DNA of 63,382 bases, counting the filler, from Dimorphilus gyrociliatus (taxonomy: Eukaryota; Animalia; Annelida): the NCBI GenBank assembly GCA_904063045.1. It is 3 parts of 3 records of this genome, joined end to end, with 100 filler letters (N's around TTAATTAATTAA, not from the genome) between each part and the next. Parts side by side here need not be neighbours in the genome. Positions count along the whole stretch, not along the records: positions 1 to 26,652 come from CAJFCJ010000151.1; 2 more parts are not named here. One strand, given 5' to 3'. The notes below the pieces were generated by a model, which saw nothing but the letters and a program-made list of their open reading frames with translations, had not been told where the DNA came from and ran no database searches. Both the position numbers and the translations under genes were made by a program. Shown here piece after piece: positions 1 through 12,929 of the stretch. Numbering within the stretch: the first letter of the stretch is position 1; each line of letters starts with the position of its first letter.

Positions 1-2082
1 AAATGTACTTGTATTAATTATTCATATTGTAATGTTTTAAAAAATATATTTTCAGAAAAAACTATAAAAAATAAATTTTTATTATTTTTATGGAAAAATT
101 CAGAAATTGAAAATAAAAAAATAAAATGTAAATTTATTAAACAAAAAGAAGATTTAGTAACACTACAAGTAGAATTCAACAATTATAGTATAGAGAATGA
201 TAATATAAATTATAGTATAGAAAATAAAAATTATAATAAAACGAATATAGAGAATAATAAAGATACAGAAAATAAAAATTATAATAATGATTTTATTAAA
301 GATTATAATAAAACAAATATAGAGAATAATAAAGATATAGAAAATTTATTAGAAGAATTAAAAGGGTTATTTATAGAAATCAATGATAATGATTATTTTA
401 TATGTAATGGTGTAATAGAAGAAGTAATATTTATAAAAAATCATATAAAAGTAAAAATATTTGAAAATATAAATTTATTAAATTTTAATTTAAATTTTAA
501 TAAGAAAGATTCAAATAGTAAATTAATTAAGTATAGTATTATTAATAATTTATATTTAGATAATGAAATAATAAATGAAAAAATGATATTAGAATATATT
601 AATAGTATAAAAGATAATATAGAAGATAATATAGAAGATATAGATAGTAGTATAAAAGATAATATAGATATAAAAGATAATATAAATAGAATAAAAGATA
701 ATAAATTTGAAGAATTTTTAAAAGAAAAAGGTTTTACAAATAACAATATCAACAATAATAATATAAATAATATCAACAATAATAGTATTTCTTTAACATT
801 TACTGATGGTTGTTTATTTATTCCTAATATTTATAAAAACAGATTTTTAGAATTAAATAAACAACAACAAAAAGCATTGATAGGTTGTTTAGAAATTTAT
901 AATTTAAATTTTATAAAAAATAATTCTAATAAAAATTATACAACAATACAAGGAATGCCAGGTTCTGGTAAAACTAGATTATTAGTTTTATTAATTGATA
1001 TTTTAATATATTTTAATATAAATGTATTATTAATAACTTTTACTAATAGAAGTTTAAATAATATAATAAATAAAATTAAATATAAATACCACAGAGCAAA
1101 CAACAACAGTAGAATAGAAAATACAAAAGATATAAAAAATATAAATAATAAAGAATATAATAATATAAAAAATAATACAAAAGATATAAAAAATTATTAT
1201 AATAATATTAAATTAACTGCTTCTACTGTTAATTCATTACAAGATAATATTTTTCTATTAAAAAAATATGATTTTTTAATAATTGATGAAGCTTCTCAAT
1301 TAAATTTACCTTTAACTTTCATTCCTTGGAATTTAACTAAATTTAAAGTATTAGTTGGTGATTCTGAACAAATAAAACCTATCAATAGTATTAGTATGTT
1401 AGAATATTTAAAAATAGATTATATTTTAAATATTTGTTATAGAATGAATAATTTTTTAATAGAATTTGTAAATAAAGTTATAGGAAGTAACATAAAAGAA
1501 TATATTAATGAATATAGTAAAGAATATAAACATAGAAATAAATATAAAAATGATTTTATAAAAGAATATATTAATAAACATAAAAATAAATATAAACATA
1601 AAAATAAATATAAAGATAAAAATGAATATAAAAATTATAATTCTGATGTTTTTTTATTTGATAGTAATAAATATTCTATATTTAATTTTATATTAGAATA
1701 CAATAATAACATAGAGAATATAAAAAATAATACAAAAGAATATAATAATATAAAATGTAGTAACTTAGAGAATAATATTACTGTTTTAACTTTTACAAAT
1801 AAAAGAAAAAGAATAATTAATCAATTCCTATTAAATAATAAAATAAATATTCAAATTGAAACTATTGATAGATTTCAAGGATGTGAAAATAATATTATAA
1901 TTTTAGATATAAATAATATAATTAATAATAATTTATTCAATTCTAAACAAAGATTATATGTTTCTTTAACACGAGCTAAAAATAAATTAATAATATTTTG
2001 TGATTTAAAAAATATAAATAAAATAAATAATTTAATTAAATTAGTTGATGTATGTAAAGAATATAATATATTAATAGAATAA
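1..2082 (+). CDS. DNA2: DNA2-like nuclease/helicase (SF1, Upf1-like), 5'-partial
   Basis: Frame 1 is open from base 1 (KCTCINYSYC..., a Cys cluster like the DNA2 Fe-S motif) through the 583-2082 ORF. Helicase motifs: QGMPGSGKT, IIDEASQ, LVGDSEQ, TIDRFQGCE, RLYVSLTRAK. Many Asn/Lys low-complexity insertions. Confidence 0.85.
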   Translation, partial: KCTCINYSYCNVLKNIFSEKTIKNKFLLFLWKNSEIENKKIKCKFIKQKEDLVTLQVEFNNYSIENDNINYSIENKNYNKTNIENNKDTENKNYNNDFIKDYNKTNIENNKDIENLLEELKGLFIEINDNDYFICNGVIEEVIFIKNHIKVKIFENINLLNFNLNFNKKDSNSKLIKYSIINNLYLDNEIINEKMILEYINSIKDNIEDNIEDIDSSIKDNIDIKDNINRIKDNKFEEFLKEKGFTNNNINNNNINNINNNSISLTFTDGCLFIPNIYKNRFLELNKQQQKALIGCLEIYNLNFIKNNSNKNYTTIQGMPGSGKTRLLVLLIDILIYFNINVLLITFTNRSLNNIINKIKYKYHRANNNSRIENTKDIKNINNKEYNNIKNNTKDIKNYYNNIKLTASTVNSLQDNIFLLKKYDFLIIDEASQLNLPLTFIPWNLTKFKVLVGDSEQIKPINSISMLEYLKIDYILNICYRMNNFLIEFVNKVIGSNIKEYINEYSKEYKHRNKYKNDFIKEYINKHKNKYKHKNKYKDKNEYKNYNSDVFLFDSNKYSIFNFILEYNNNIENIKNNTKEYNNIKCSNLENNITVLTFTNKRKRIINQFLLNNKINIQIETIDRFQGCENNIIILDINNIINNNLFNSKQRLYVSLTRAKNKLIIFCDLKNINKINNLIKLVDVCKEYNILIE

Positions 2083-2214
2083 TAGTAGATATTTAATTAG
2101 AATATTACACTAAATTTATATACAATATTTAATACAATACTGTATCAATAAGAATATACAATACTCATAAATTAATAGATAATATTTAATACAATACTAA
2201 GCTAATATGATTAC

Positions 2215-2386
2215 TAAATTAATATACAATATTTAAAATTAATGTACAATACTAAATTAATATGAATACTTATAAACTAATATACAATACTAAATTAATA
2301 TACAATACTAATAAATTAATATACAATATTTAAAATTAATGTACAATACTAAATTAATATGAATACTTATAAACTAATATACAATA
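2215..2386. repeat. Two exact 75-bp direct repeats built from an ~18-nt TAAATTAATATACAATAC subunit
   Basis: 2215-2289 equals 2312-2386; degenerate subunits extend back to ~2110. Confidence 0.85.
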
Positions 2387-2790
2387 TTTAATAGATAATA
2401 TTTTAATTAGAATAAAAAAATGATTTTTTAAAATTATTCACAGTTTTATGACATCACAGTTCCTAAAATATATATTTCTATAAAAAAATAAAATTAAAAA
2501 TAAAATTAATAAAATAAAAACATTTTTCTAAATTTATATTTATTTACCTATTTAAGCAAATTTAAATTTATTAACAAAAAACGTTATTTTTTTAAAAAAA
2601 TTAAAACCTAAAAAAAAGTTTCCCAAAAAGTAATAATTGAAATAATTCATAAAATTGTTCTTTTTTAACTTTTTTAACTTTTTAATTTTTAATTTTTATT
2701 TTTTTTGTTCCTGAAAATCAACATCACCTGTCATTCTTATCATACTACCTTTTTCAGAAAATTATTAATTCTTATTAATAGAATAAGGGT

Positions 2791-3195
2791 ATGACAATGG
2801 ATAATAAAAAAGCAGCAGAATTATTTTTGTATTTTTTAAAGGATTTAAGAAAAAATAAAAGAGAATATAAAAACAAGAGTAATAATTCAAATATTAAAAA
2901 TAGTATAAAAGATATTATAAAAGATAATAGTACTTTAAATAATAAAAATAGTACTTCAAATAACAATAATAGTATAAACAATAGTAGTACAGAAAATTAT
3001 AACTTAGAAAATTGTAATGGTTTAAAAGATGATAGTATTATTAATAATAATTTATTTTATATGAATAAAAATAAAAGAATATCTTCTATTGATGAAAATA
3101 AAAGAGGATTGAGATGTATTTATTGCGATTCAAGATATGTTTATAGAGGTTGTTTATTAAATCATATAAAAAGAAAACATAGGTTTTCTTATTAA
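2791..3195 (+). CDS. Small Asn-rich protein with one C-terminal C2H2 zinc finger
   Basis: CIYCDSRYVYRGCLLNHIKRKH fits C-x2-C-x12-H-x4-H; GGG at 2787-2789 directly before the ATG (microsporidian-type start signal). Confidence 0.6.
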   Translation: MTMDNKKAAELFLYFLKDLRKNKREYKNKSNNSNIKNSIKDIIKDNSTLNNKNSTSNNNNSINNSSTENYNLENCNGLKDDSIINNNLFYMNKNKRISSIDENKRGLRCIYCDSRYVYRGCLLNHIKRKHRFSY

Positions 3196-3850
3196 TTAAA
3201 TAAATCATTTATTTATTATATGTTTAAAACACATGATTTTATACATAAATAGGAAATTATTATTTCTATTTTAATAATTTAATCACGTGATATATAAACA
3301 ATAAATTTATTATTATTATTAGTACAAAGACTAATAATTAAATATATTTATCTTAATTTATGATTATTCAACTGCTTAAGTTAAATACTAAATAAATAAA
3401 AATACTAAAAATAGTTTAATAGCTATTAAAATACTAAAAATAGTGTCTTTAAAATTTTAAAAAGCATAAAATTTTATTTTTCTTCTAATTAAAATTTTAT
3501 ATTAAATTATTAAATTTATTTACTATAAATAAATTGTATTGTAAAATAATAAGTGTTTATAGGAATGAATTAAATTATGTAATATTTGAATTTTATTATG
3601 AAATTGTACTTTTTTAGGTCTATTCATTTATATTAAATAAATCTATTAATTTAACAAAGTTTAAGAAATATCTTTTTATAAATAGATTCAAATATTTTCA
3701 ATTGTACTATTTTATATAATTTATTAATAACACATGAGTCTCTTTTTAACATCAACTTGAATTTATATTATTTTAATACATGATTTAATTTCTCAACTTA
3801 TATTTATACTTTTATTGTAAATTAATTTTTCTTGACTTTATTTTTTAAAT

Positions 3851-4068
3851 TTTAAATATCTAATGATTTATTTATCTAGTAAAATATTAAAAAAGTTGTA
3901 AATTTTGAATTTTATAAAATTATTATTATTATTTAAATATCTAATATTTTACTAGATAAATAAAATATTTAGTTTTTAACGTTTTTTATAAAAATATAAT
4001 ATTATTTAAATATCTAATGATTTATTTATTTAGTAAAATATTTAGTTTTTAACGTTTTTTATAAAAAT
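3851..4068. repeat. Mixed direct/inverted repeat block
   Basis: Perfect 21-bp inverted repeat (3869-3889 vs 3942-3962); direct repeats 3851-3888/4004-4041 and 3968-3995/4042-4068. Confidence 0.7.
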
Positions 4069-5032
4069 GACATACTCATTGTTATGTTTAACTATTTCTC
4101 TTAAAATTAAACGCAAATAATCAAATTTTTATTTTATGAGTACAACAGATTAAATATATAATAAACAATAGTAAAATCTATATATAATACTTTCATTGAA
4201 TATAAAGTTGATAACCTATTAACTGATATAATTATTTTGTTTAATTCTATCAAGATCGTATGTAAATATATTCATTAAAAATTAAAATTTAATTGAGTAA
4301 TCTTTTGTTCTCAAATAAGAAATTTTAATACTTTTTATTATGAATCTTAAATTTTTCGCAATTAACGAGAATTTTTCTCTGTACTTCGTTTATACCTTTT
4401 AAAAACTATTTTTATTCATTATTATATGAGTGTATACAAAAATCGCTTTTACTAATTAGTCCATTCTCTAGGATATTTGAATACTAAAAAGACTTTATCT
4501 ACATAATAAGAATTAAATCCAGAATATTTTTCTATCAGTGCTTTTAAAATCTAGTTACTTAGTGTATAATAAATAAAGTATAAAGTTTTTGTCAAATCGG
4601 CTTTTTTCGCTGACTTCGATTCTTAAATGATATTTTTTTTCCAGAATATAATTTTTCATATATCATTTCTTAAAATTATAAGATATTTTACATGATATAA
4701 GTACAAAATAATTTTATCGTTTTCTTTATTATTTGTAACAAATTTGTTTTTTAATACGACATAAATAAAAAATACCTTTAAATGAATAAGTGATATTAGC
4801 ACTACTCTAAACTACTCTTTAAGAGAGATATATCTTCTAGAAAGTACTTTTAGGGAATACTTTATATTCTCTATTAATTTATTAAAAGATTTTATTTTAT
4901 GGTTGATAATTAATTTAAAAAATCTTATAATTAAGTTTATAGATGTGAATAATAAAGACTATACAAATTGGAAACATCTTTGAATGCAATAATTAATACT
5001 TTAACTACATTTTTTAAAAAAAACAAAAGGTT

Positions 5033-6012
5033 GGAAAATTTGCTTTGGGGACCCCTTAAAATTGAGTATAAAATTAAACCAGCATCATTTTCCCCTAATT
5101 TTTTTTATTTCAAGAACTTTCATCGAGTTAATAATTTCTGAAAAAGGATTTTCTTTTTTTTAGAAATAAATAATCATTGATATGATCTTTAAGATTGCAT
5201 TTTATATTACTTCCTCGAGATTTAAGGTACTTTTCCCGCCATTTCCATTGGTTTTCAATATTCTGAGTGTGGACTTCCTTCATTTCTTTACAAAGAAATT
5301 CAGTTTTATGCTTTACTGTAAAGTGAGCATAGTTATGTGTTTTTACGTTACAATAGCCTCTCCACTCATCTGTTATGATTACGGAATATTCTTTAACATT
5401 ATCTAAGATTATTTTATTAAGAGGAGCAGTACTTTTTTTTTGGTAATTTCAACCACCCTCTTTTGTTATTCTACATATCCCTCCACCCCCAACACTTGTT
5501 CTAATTATCTTCCTATATTGTATTTACGCTTGCTTAGTGCATTTTCATCTATTTCAACCACTTTTCCATCCCCAACGATCAGCTTGCTTTTTTTCTATAG
5601 GATCGTCTTATCAAGCCTATAATTGTACTGAATAGCTTATAATTGATGTTATATTCTCTTTTAATCCTATCATAGTTTGTCTTAGCGCACCATTCATAAA
5701 TAATAAAAATAGGGTTTTCAAGCGGGCCTTGATTCCAGCGAAAACAGCCCCTGTACGAACTGATAATTTACTTTTATTACACTTCTTGGACTTACAAGAC
5801 CAAATATAACCATCTCCTCTATGATGATTAATTAAAACCATGTTTATTTTACATGTTTTACATTTATGACTTTTTTTCAGTATATTCAAATCCATCAACC
5901 ATGACAAGAAACTTTCACGACAGATTGTTTTCTCACAAAGTTCTCTACGTGTTAAAACCATTAGGGTTCAATATAATTCAATTTTAAGGGGTCCCCCAAA
6001 GCAAATTTTACC
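5033..6012 (-). mobile_element. Merlin/IS1016 (ISXO2-like DDE) transposon, family A
   Basis: TIRs GG(T)AAAATTTGCTTTGGGG(G)ACCCCTTAAAATTGA at both ends. N-terminal Cys-rich ORF 5617-5961, then a broken DDE region (VVEIDENALSKRKYNIGR). No matching TSD. Confidence 0.85.
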
Positions 6013-6221
6013 TTAAAAAGCCTAAAAATCTTATAATTAAGTTTATAGATGTAAAAAATTAAGACTTTTTATGTGAGATACAGTTTGGAATGCAATAATT
6101 AAAGCTTTATATACAGTTTTTTGAAGAGCAAAAGGTTTAAACGAAATATTGTTTTTAATATTAACGAAAAAAAGAGATTTAAAGAATTAGTTTTTAATTA
6201 AAGATTTTTCAAGCTTTCTCT

Positions 6222-7553
6222 TTAATTTTCTAGGTTAAGCCCGGTATCTTTTACTGTAAATAGTGTTTGACGTAGTTCTCGATCGTATATCAAAACAATA
6301 TAAGGCTTATCAACAACTATCTTTTCTGGGAATAACGCCTCTAGAAAAAGTGCTTCAGAAGCTGCTGCACCTTCTACTCCTTTCTCATCAATTCTAACTC
6401 TAACCTTCATCACAAATTTAACGAACTCTGGATTAGGACCGTGCTGATAGGTCTCTGGTAAGATTTCATCTAGGTCAATATCTTCACAGACTTGATCGAA
6501 CTTAGGAAAATAAACTATTCTTTGGTATCTTTAAAAGTATCATATTTCATTGTAAAGTTATTCTCTTCGCCATATGTGTAGTTTTTGATAAATCTTGTAT
6601 AGACTTCTTCCCATTCTTTGCATTACTAACCACAAACTTAGGTGCAATATAAATAGCCTCAAACCCATTACTGTTTCTATTTCCATCATCATTAAATGGT
6701 AAAATGAAGACATCTATTAGTTTCTGTGCATCTAACATATATCTACTTACTTTTATATCGATTTCGGGGCTATAAACGTATTCTCTGCTTATCTCTTTAC
6801 CTTCGATATTGGTAATTTCTTTTTCTCTTTCATAACAAGTAACCCGTGCTGCCATGTACCCTTAAAGTACAAAATGCTGAGATAAATTCGTGCATCCGGT
6901 TTTAATAGGTCGGATCGTTTCAAAGTGTAGCCTATCATCCCATTTGTTAGTTGCTTTACTTGATCATCGACTTTCTTTATAACTGATCGTGCTTTTTCGA
7001 TATCATTAGAATGAGTATGTAATGATAAATAGTTTGTAATATTTTTACCTTTAACGCGATTGCTAATTATATCTTCTGCAGCTACTACAATAATATGAGA
7101 TTTTGCTTCCAATTCTTGGTCTTCATTCCATCCAAGTCCTTCTTTTCTGATATCATAAGAACAGTTTTTCAAATTTGGAAAAGCAATATCTAACAAACTA
7201 TTTTCTCCAGCAAGCAAGTCATATTCACCAACTAGTGCCTGTGCTAAAACATTGTTAAAGAAACAAGCAAAGGAAAACAGCTGTTCTTTATTTGATGAAT
7301 TTTTAAAAAACTCAATATTTGCTTGAATATCACAGTGTGATAGGCTACTTCGATCATTATACAGTTTATCCATAGCAATTCTGAGGTAGTTTGGAGCTTC
7401 TACATTAGTACTTGTATTTGGCCTTTGCTGTTCTTCCTCTTCAGAAGATGAAGATGCAACTGGCGAATCACAATCAACAATATCTCCGGTAAAGTCAGAT
7501 GGAAACAAGATGTTACTAACTATAATTTGTGAAATTAGAAATAAAATGTTCAT
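6222..7553 (-). CDS. Secreted serpin 1 (three 1-nt frameshifts, probably sequencing errors)
   Basis: Signal-like start MNILFLISQIIVSNILF with CCC immediately before the ATG; ILYFKGTWQH; PKFDQ; hinge EKGVEGAAA; C-terminal DKPYIVLIYD. Spans ORFs 6789-7631, 6547-6855 and 6222-6413. Confidence 0.9.
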
Positions 7554-8218
7554 GGGTAGATTGTTTTTTCTTTTTTTTATAGTTTTAAAACGATATCTAC
7601 CCAAAATGAATTCTCTAAATAGATTTTCCAAAATAGGTTCTCCAAAAAAGGAAAGAGCGGAAAGGAAATACTACTTGTTTTACTTTATATATATATAGTT
7701 TTTTAATAAAAAAATTTAACTTAATTTTTTAAAACTAATAATTTTTTGGATCATGCTCAAAATTTTCAGCCCTGATTCTAGAATTTTAATTTTTAATTTT
7801 TCTAACTCTCAATATTGAATCTTAAAATAAAATTTGCGTCCATTTTTATAATTTTTTAAAATAATAATATGAAAATTATAAATTTATCGTTTATATCAAG
7901 TTTTTTTGAAAACAAATTCCCCTCCAAAATGATAAATTTACTATAGAAACAAAGATCAAATTCCGCTTTTATATGATTGCAGCACAAAGATTCGATATAT
8001 TTTTAATTCAGTCATCTAATGATTTTTATTGAATTTTCTTAATCTTTTTTTATGGAGTCTTGCCCAAAATTTTTATCCCGGGGTGCAAATTTTGGGTTGA
8101 TCCATTTTTTTTAGTATAATAGAATCTTATCTTATATTTGAAGAGAACTTTATATCTATTAGAAGATTTAATTCCAGCCTTTTTCTATTTTTAAATTTAT
8201 ATAAAATATATTTTATGC

Positions 8219-10790
8219 AGTTGTAGTACCAAAATACACTACCCCTCAGAGCATACCAAAAAAAAGTTTAACCCTTAATTTTTATTTTTAAAAATGGACA
8301 AATTAAAAAAAGGTTAGTAAAAACTTCAAAAAAATCGCTAGAATGCCATCTTTTTAACATAGACTTAGTGAGATAAAGTGTTATCTCGGCCATCCTCTTC
8401 CACTTATCAGGAACTTAAAGTTTGATAGCTCCTCAATTCCCTTCTATTATATTCGTATAAAATTCTGTAACAGGATCTGCATAATTATTTTTATGATTCA
8501 TTTTAAGATGTTTCCAATTGATTAAAACATCTTTATAGCCTTTCCAATAGTCTGTATAAACAGCACGCCCATCCTTTACATATAAATTAAGTTTCCGGTT
8601 TATAATACGGCTATCTCTTTTAGCCACTGGTAGTAATATCACTCTTATTTCAGGTATTCTTTCTGCCGAACCTAACACTCATATACCTTCAACTACTCTT
8701 CCTTTTTTGTATTTGGTTTTACCAAACTTTGATTCTTCCACCTCATTTCTATTCCATTTCCTCATATTTATACAAACTTTTCATGCTAGAATTTTTCTAC
8801 CTTTGGTATCAAAAGTTTCAGGTAGGAATACCATGTTTTATTATTATTGCAGGATTGAATAATGGTCACTTTACGAATAATGATCACCCTAATTTTATAT
8901 TAAATTACCATAGAACTAAAGGGGTTAATTAATTTTTATCCCTTAATTTTAAAGTTTGGTAGTGTCGAATAACGACCCTACCTAATTAGCAGAAAAAAAC
9001 TATACTTATTTAATATAAAATTTTAATAAAGTTTTTTAATCATTAAATAGTTTTAACATTGTTTCTTAAAATTAGATAAATATATATTGTTTTGGTTTTT
9101 TTATAAATAATAAAAAACTTTTCCTAAATGTCTAAGCTTCCTCAAATAAATTCAATATCTGGAGAAATAAAGTAATAAGGTTCTTAAGTTTAGTACTATC
9201 CTAAAGGTTATGATAAGTATCAAAAACTAAATTTAGTAGAAAAACTAAGTATTCACAGTAAATAATAACGATGAATTATATTATAAAGCCGAAAGCTTAA
9301 TAATGAGTTATATCTGTGATTTTGAAATAGAAATTAAAAGTGAGAAATACAAAAGCATCCCCTCTGAGCACATATTTGTGTTAGAAAGATGAAAAATGAA
9401 ATTGATAAAAATTGTTTTAACATTAAAGAAGCGCCTTAAAAGATTATATAGAACGTTGCGAGGGCTATCAGAGAGCAATCCTGTACAAAGGGCAGCAGAA
9501 GTTCCCTTTCTGCTTATTCTATACATGAGCCTCTGCAGGTGGATATTATTGATATTTCAAGATACTCAACAACAATTTCTGGATATAGATACATATTGAA
9601 TGTAATTGATTGTTTTTCCAAGTATGTATTTAGTTATAAACTGATGCATAAAAGAGGTGATACAGTGAAGAGTATTGCTGAAAGTATTTTTAAAACTGAA
9701 GGGCCTGGTCAATACTGCATACTGATAATGGTAGGGAATTTATAAATGAAAGTATCACTAACTTGTACTTATCAAAGGGAATTAATCACTTAAAAGGAAG
9801 ACCTCGACATCCTCAATCACAGGGTTAGTTGAGAGGTTTAATAGAACTCTTAAATCTCGTTTAAGAAAAAAATTAATGGGAAGAACAAGATGGATCGATG
9901 TACATGATGAGATTATTTATCAATATAACATCAGCCAACACAGATCTACAAATACAAAACCTTTCATCCTTTTTAGAGGAGTTGATCCTAGTAATATGAA
10001 TATTAACCATATTAGCAGTATACAAACTGTCAGAATTAATTATATAAAGTATATAGACCAGTATAAGAATGAATATAATACTAGGTTAAGAAGGAATTAT
10101 GTCTTTAGTGTAGGTGATAAATTCATTCTGGCCAAAGATTTAGATACGAACTTTAATACTAGATATCATCCTCTTATTTCTTTATACTATGAAAAAGTAT
10201 ATACCATAGAAGAAATATTGACAATTAGTCACACTAAGAGATGATGATAATAATACAAGATTAGCTCATAAAACAATGATAAAACTATTTAATGAACTTT
10301 ATTAAAATTTTAATATTAAATAAGTATAGCTTTTTTGTGCTAATTAGGTAGGGGTTATTATTCAACACTACCAAACTTTAAAATTAAGGGTAAAAAATAA
10401 TTAAAAAACCTTAATTCTAGCGTAATTTGATATAAAATCAGGGTGATCATTATTAGTCACAACAATTATTATTATAAGTTGTTCTATTTGTTTAACATTA
10501 TAATTGTTCAGCTATAACCATATAATCTTACATAAAATAAGAGCTTTTTTGTAAAAGCCCATATTTCATTTCTATAATACTTGAATTTACACTTAAATTA
10601 CGGCTTTAGCATCAGTTGTTATAAAAGAAAGTAAGCTATTGCATTTTACACGTCTTCTTTGTTCATTTTAAGACAAAATATTCAAAATAAAGTAGTTTAG
10701 TAAAGTATCGCTGGGAAAATTCCATATGGTTTTAAGGGGTAGATTCTTTTCTGTATGCTCTGAGGGGTAGTGTATTTTAGTAATACAGCC
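8219..10790 (-). mobile_element. Merlin transposon, family B, interrupted by a Ginger-like element
   Basis: Imperfect TIRs containing AAAATACACTACCCCTCAGAGCATAC. Transposase C-half at 8405-8840 (YTDYWKGY; NHKNNYADPVT...TNIIEGN); decayed N-half at ~10465-10725. Confidence 0.8.
8848..10464 (+). mobile_element. Ginger-like integrase DNA transposon (degenerate)
   Basis: ~185-bp TIRs (8876-9061 vs 10275-10454). TG...CA ends with possible ATTAT TSD (left end less certain). rve integrase from 9128: LQVDIID, VIDCFSKY, HTDNGREF, HPQSQGLVERFNRTLK. Confidence 0.8.
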
Positions 10791-11279
10791 GACAAAATTT
10801 CTAAAATGTGTTGAATTATCGAGATTCTGTTTCATTGAATTGAAAAATAAAAAAAAACATATATTATAAAAAACTTAGGTTTTCTATAATATTCTTAATC
10901 AGCTATATTTTATTATGATATAAATGTTTTTGAGAAATATTATAGCTCGATCAAAAAATATTATAACTAAAAATAGATTTTTATTTCAATATTTTAAAAA
11001 ATCTTTTTTTAAATTTAAATGTTCAAAATGTATATAGATAGACTTAAGTTAATATTTACAGACTTTACTGGTACAAATAAATTTTTTTAGAAACAGAGGT
11101 GAATTATACATGAATCTAAATACAAGTGAACATAATAATATAAATGAATAGTTAAATTATACAATTTCTCATTTTTTAGCTTTATATATATGATAGTTTT
11201 ATAAAAAATTCTGTGCATTAAAACTACCGAAAGTAAAGATAATTATCAGAGAATTATATCAAATAAGTTTATTCATATA

Positions 11280-12484
11280 TAGGGTGTTTCGATCAACTTG
11301 AGATAAAATAGGAATTTTATTTATACGTTGAATTTAAATAAAATTTAATATAATAATTAATACTTTTTAATTAAGAACTCTTTCATTATTTTCTATTTTT
11401 ACTAATACACCTATCATTTTCCTGTAGAATGAGTCGGTAGTATTTTATTAAAAGATTCGTTTATAGAGTTTCGTAGCTGTGATTCACTCGCTGGTTTATC
11501 TTTTTTTACTAAATTCTTCCAAACTGAAAAAATGTTCTCTATAGGATTTAAAAACGATATAAGGTATTTTATAGTCATATTTCTTCTGCTTATTTCGTCT
11601 TTTAGCCCCTGTGATGATAAATTCGAGCATTATTCATTATAAAAACAGGGGGTCAATTCCTTTTCTTCGACATGCTGCTTCAATTTTCAAAAAACACTCT
11701 TTGAAATCTTCACCTTTTTCAGATCTTTCATAAATCTTGTGATAAATCATGCCATACTTATTCATGGCAGCAACAATAGAAATATTTCTGCTTTTTGCAG
11801 AAGGAACCGTCATCATAGGCGACTGACCACTTTTTGCTTTCCCTTTTTTTGTTCTTGTGACCACAGCAAACCCCACTTCATCTATGAAAATGAAGTTTTT
11901 ATTTTCATTTTCTGGTTCCATCTGACGATAACTTCTAACATAATCTTTTTGTTTTCCTTGCAGCTATCAGTTGTTCTAGCATAAGGTACATGTATTACCT
12001 GTTTCATGTGAATTCAAACTAGCATAATATCCTATCAACAGTACTATGTGATGGATACCTGCCAAATTTCATTTCACATTCTTTTACCAACTTCTTTAGG
12101 ATTAAAGAGCAATCGGAATCCACCCAGCTTATTAGTTTTTGTTTTTCTTGAACCGTAAGAATGGATCTTCTATTCCCGCACTGCTTTCCTTTCATGAGAT
12201 TTTTCTGTTTTTAAATTTTTTTTATCAAACGCCTTACGGTTTTATATTTCAGGTTTAGCGATTCAGATATTGCATTGATCGACATCCTTTCGAGAACTTT
12301 CACAATGATCCTCTGTATATCATCGAAAGAAACAGCCTTAGTTGATCGTTTAGTGTTAGGTGTTATTGCTACCATAATAGGGTATAAATGAGTCAAAAGC
12401 TTTTATAGTCATGTAGAGGGAAATAAAAAAGATGAAAGTTTAAAGTTTGTATTTATTTTATCTCAAGTTGATCTACTACCCTTA
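11280..12484 (-). mobile_element. IS630-like Tc1/mariner-superfamily transposon (degenerate)
   Basis: TIR core AGGGT-N5-GATCAACTTGAGATAAAATA at both ends, flanked by TA. HTH N-terminus from 12375; FIFIDEVGF; IMNNARIYHH. Confidence 0.8.
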
Positions 12485-12929
12485 TATTATAAATTTCAAG
12501 TTCTATTAATTCAACTTTTTTTCATCTATACTTGATAAAATTATTAATAATAGTAAAAAACCATTTTTATCCAATATTATGTGGAATATATAAATAGTCT
12601 TATAAACAAGGCAATTCTATAAGATATCTGAATATTAAAAAAAAGTAGAGAACATTTTTTATATCATTATCAAAAGACTTTGTCTACATAATAAGAATTA
12701 GATCCAGAATATTTTTCTATCATTATAATAAAATCTGATCTACTTAGTGTATAATCAATAAAATATAAAGTTTTTGTTAGATCGGATCTTTTCGCTAACT
12801 TCGATCCTTAAATGGAATTCCTTATCAGAATATAATTTTGCTTATACCATTTCTTAAAACTATGTTTTCTTTATTGTTTGTAACAAATTTGTTTTTTAAT
12901 ACGAAGTAAATACCAAATACCTTTAAATA

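Larger units (their letters stand above)
4487..7655. repeat. Segmental duplication unit A (serpin 1 plus its downstream flank)
   Basis: Collinear with ~12672-16205 in both noncoding (e.g. AAAAGACTTT.TCTACATAATAAGAATT) and serpin sequence; ends approximate. Confidence 0.85.
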
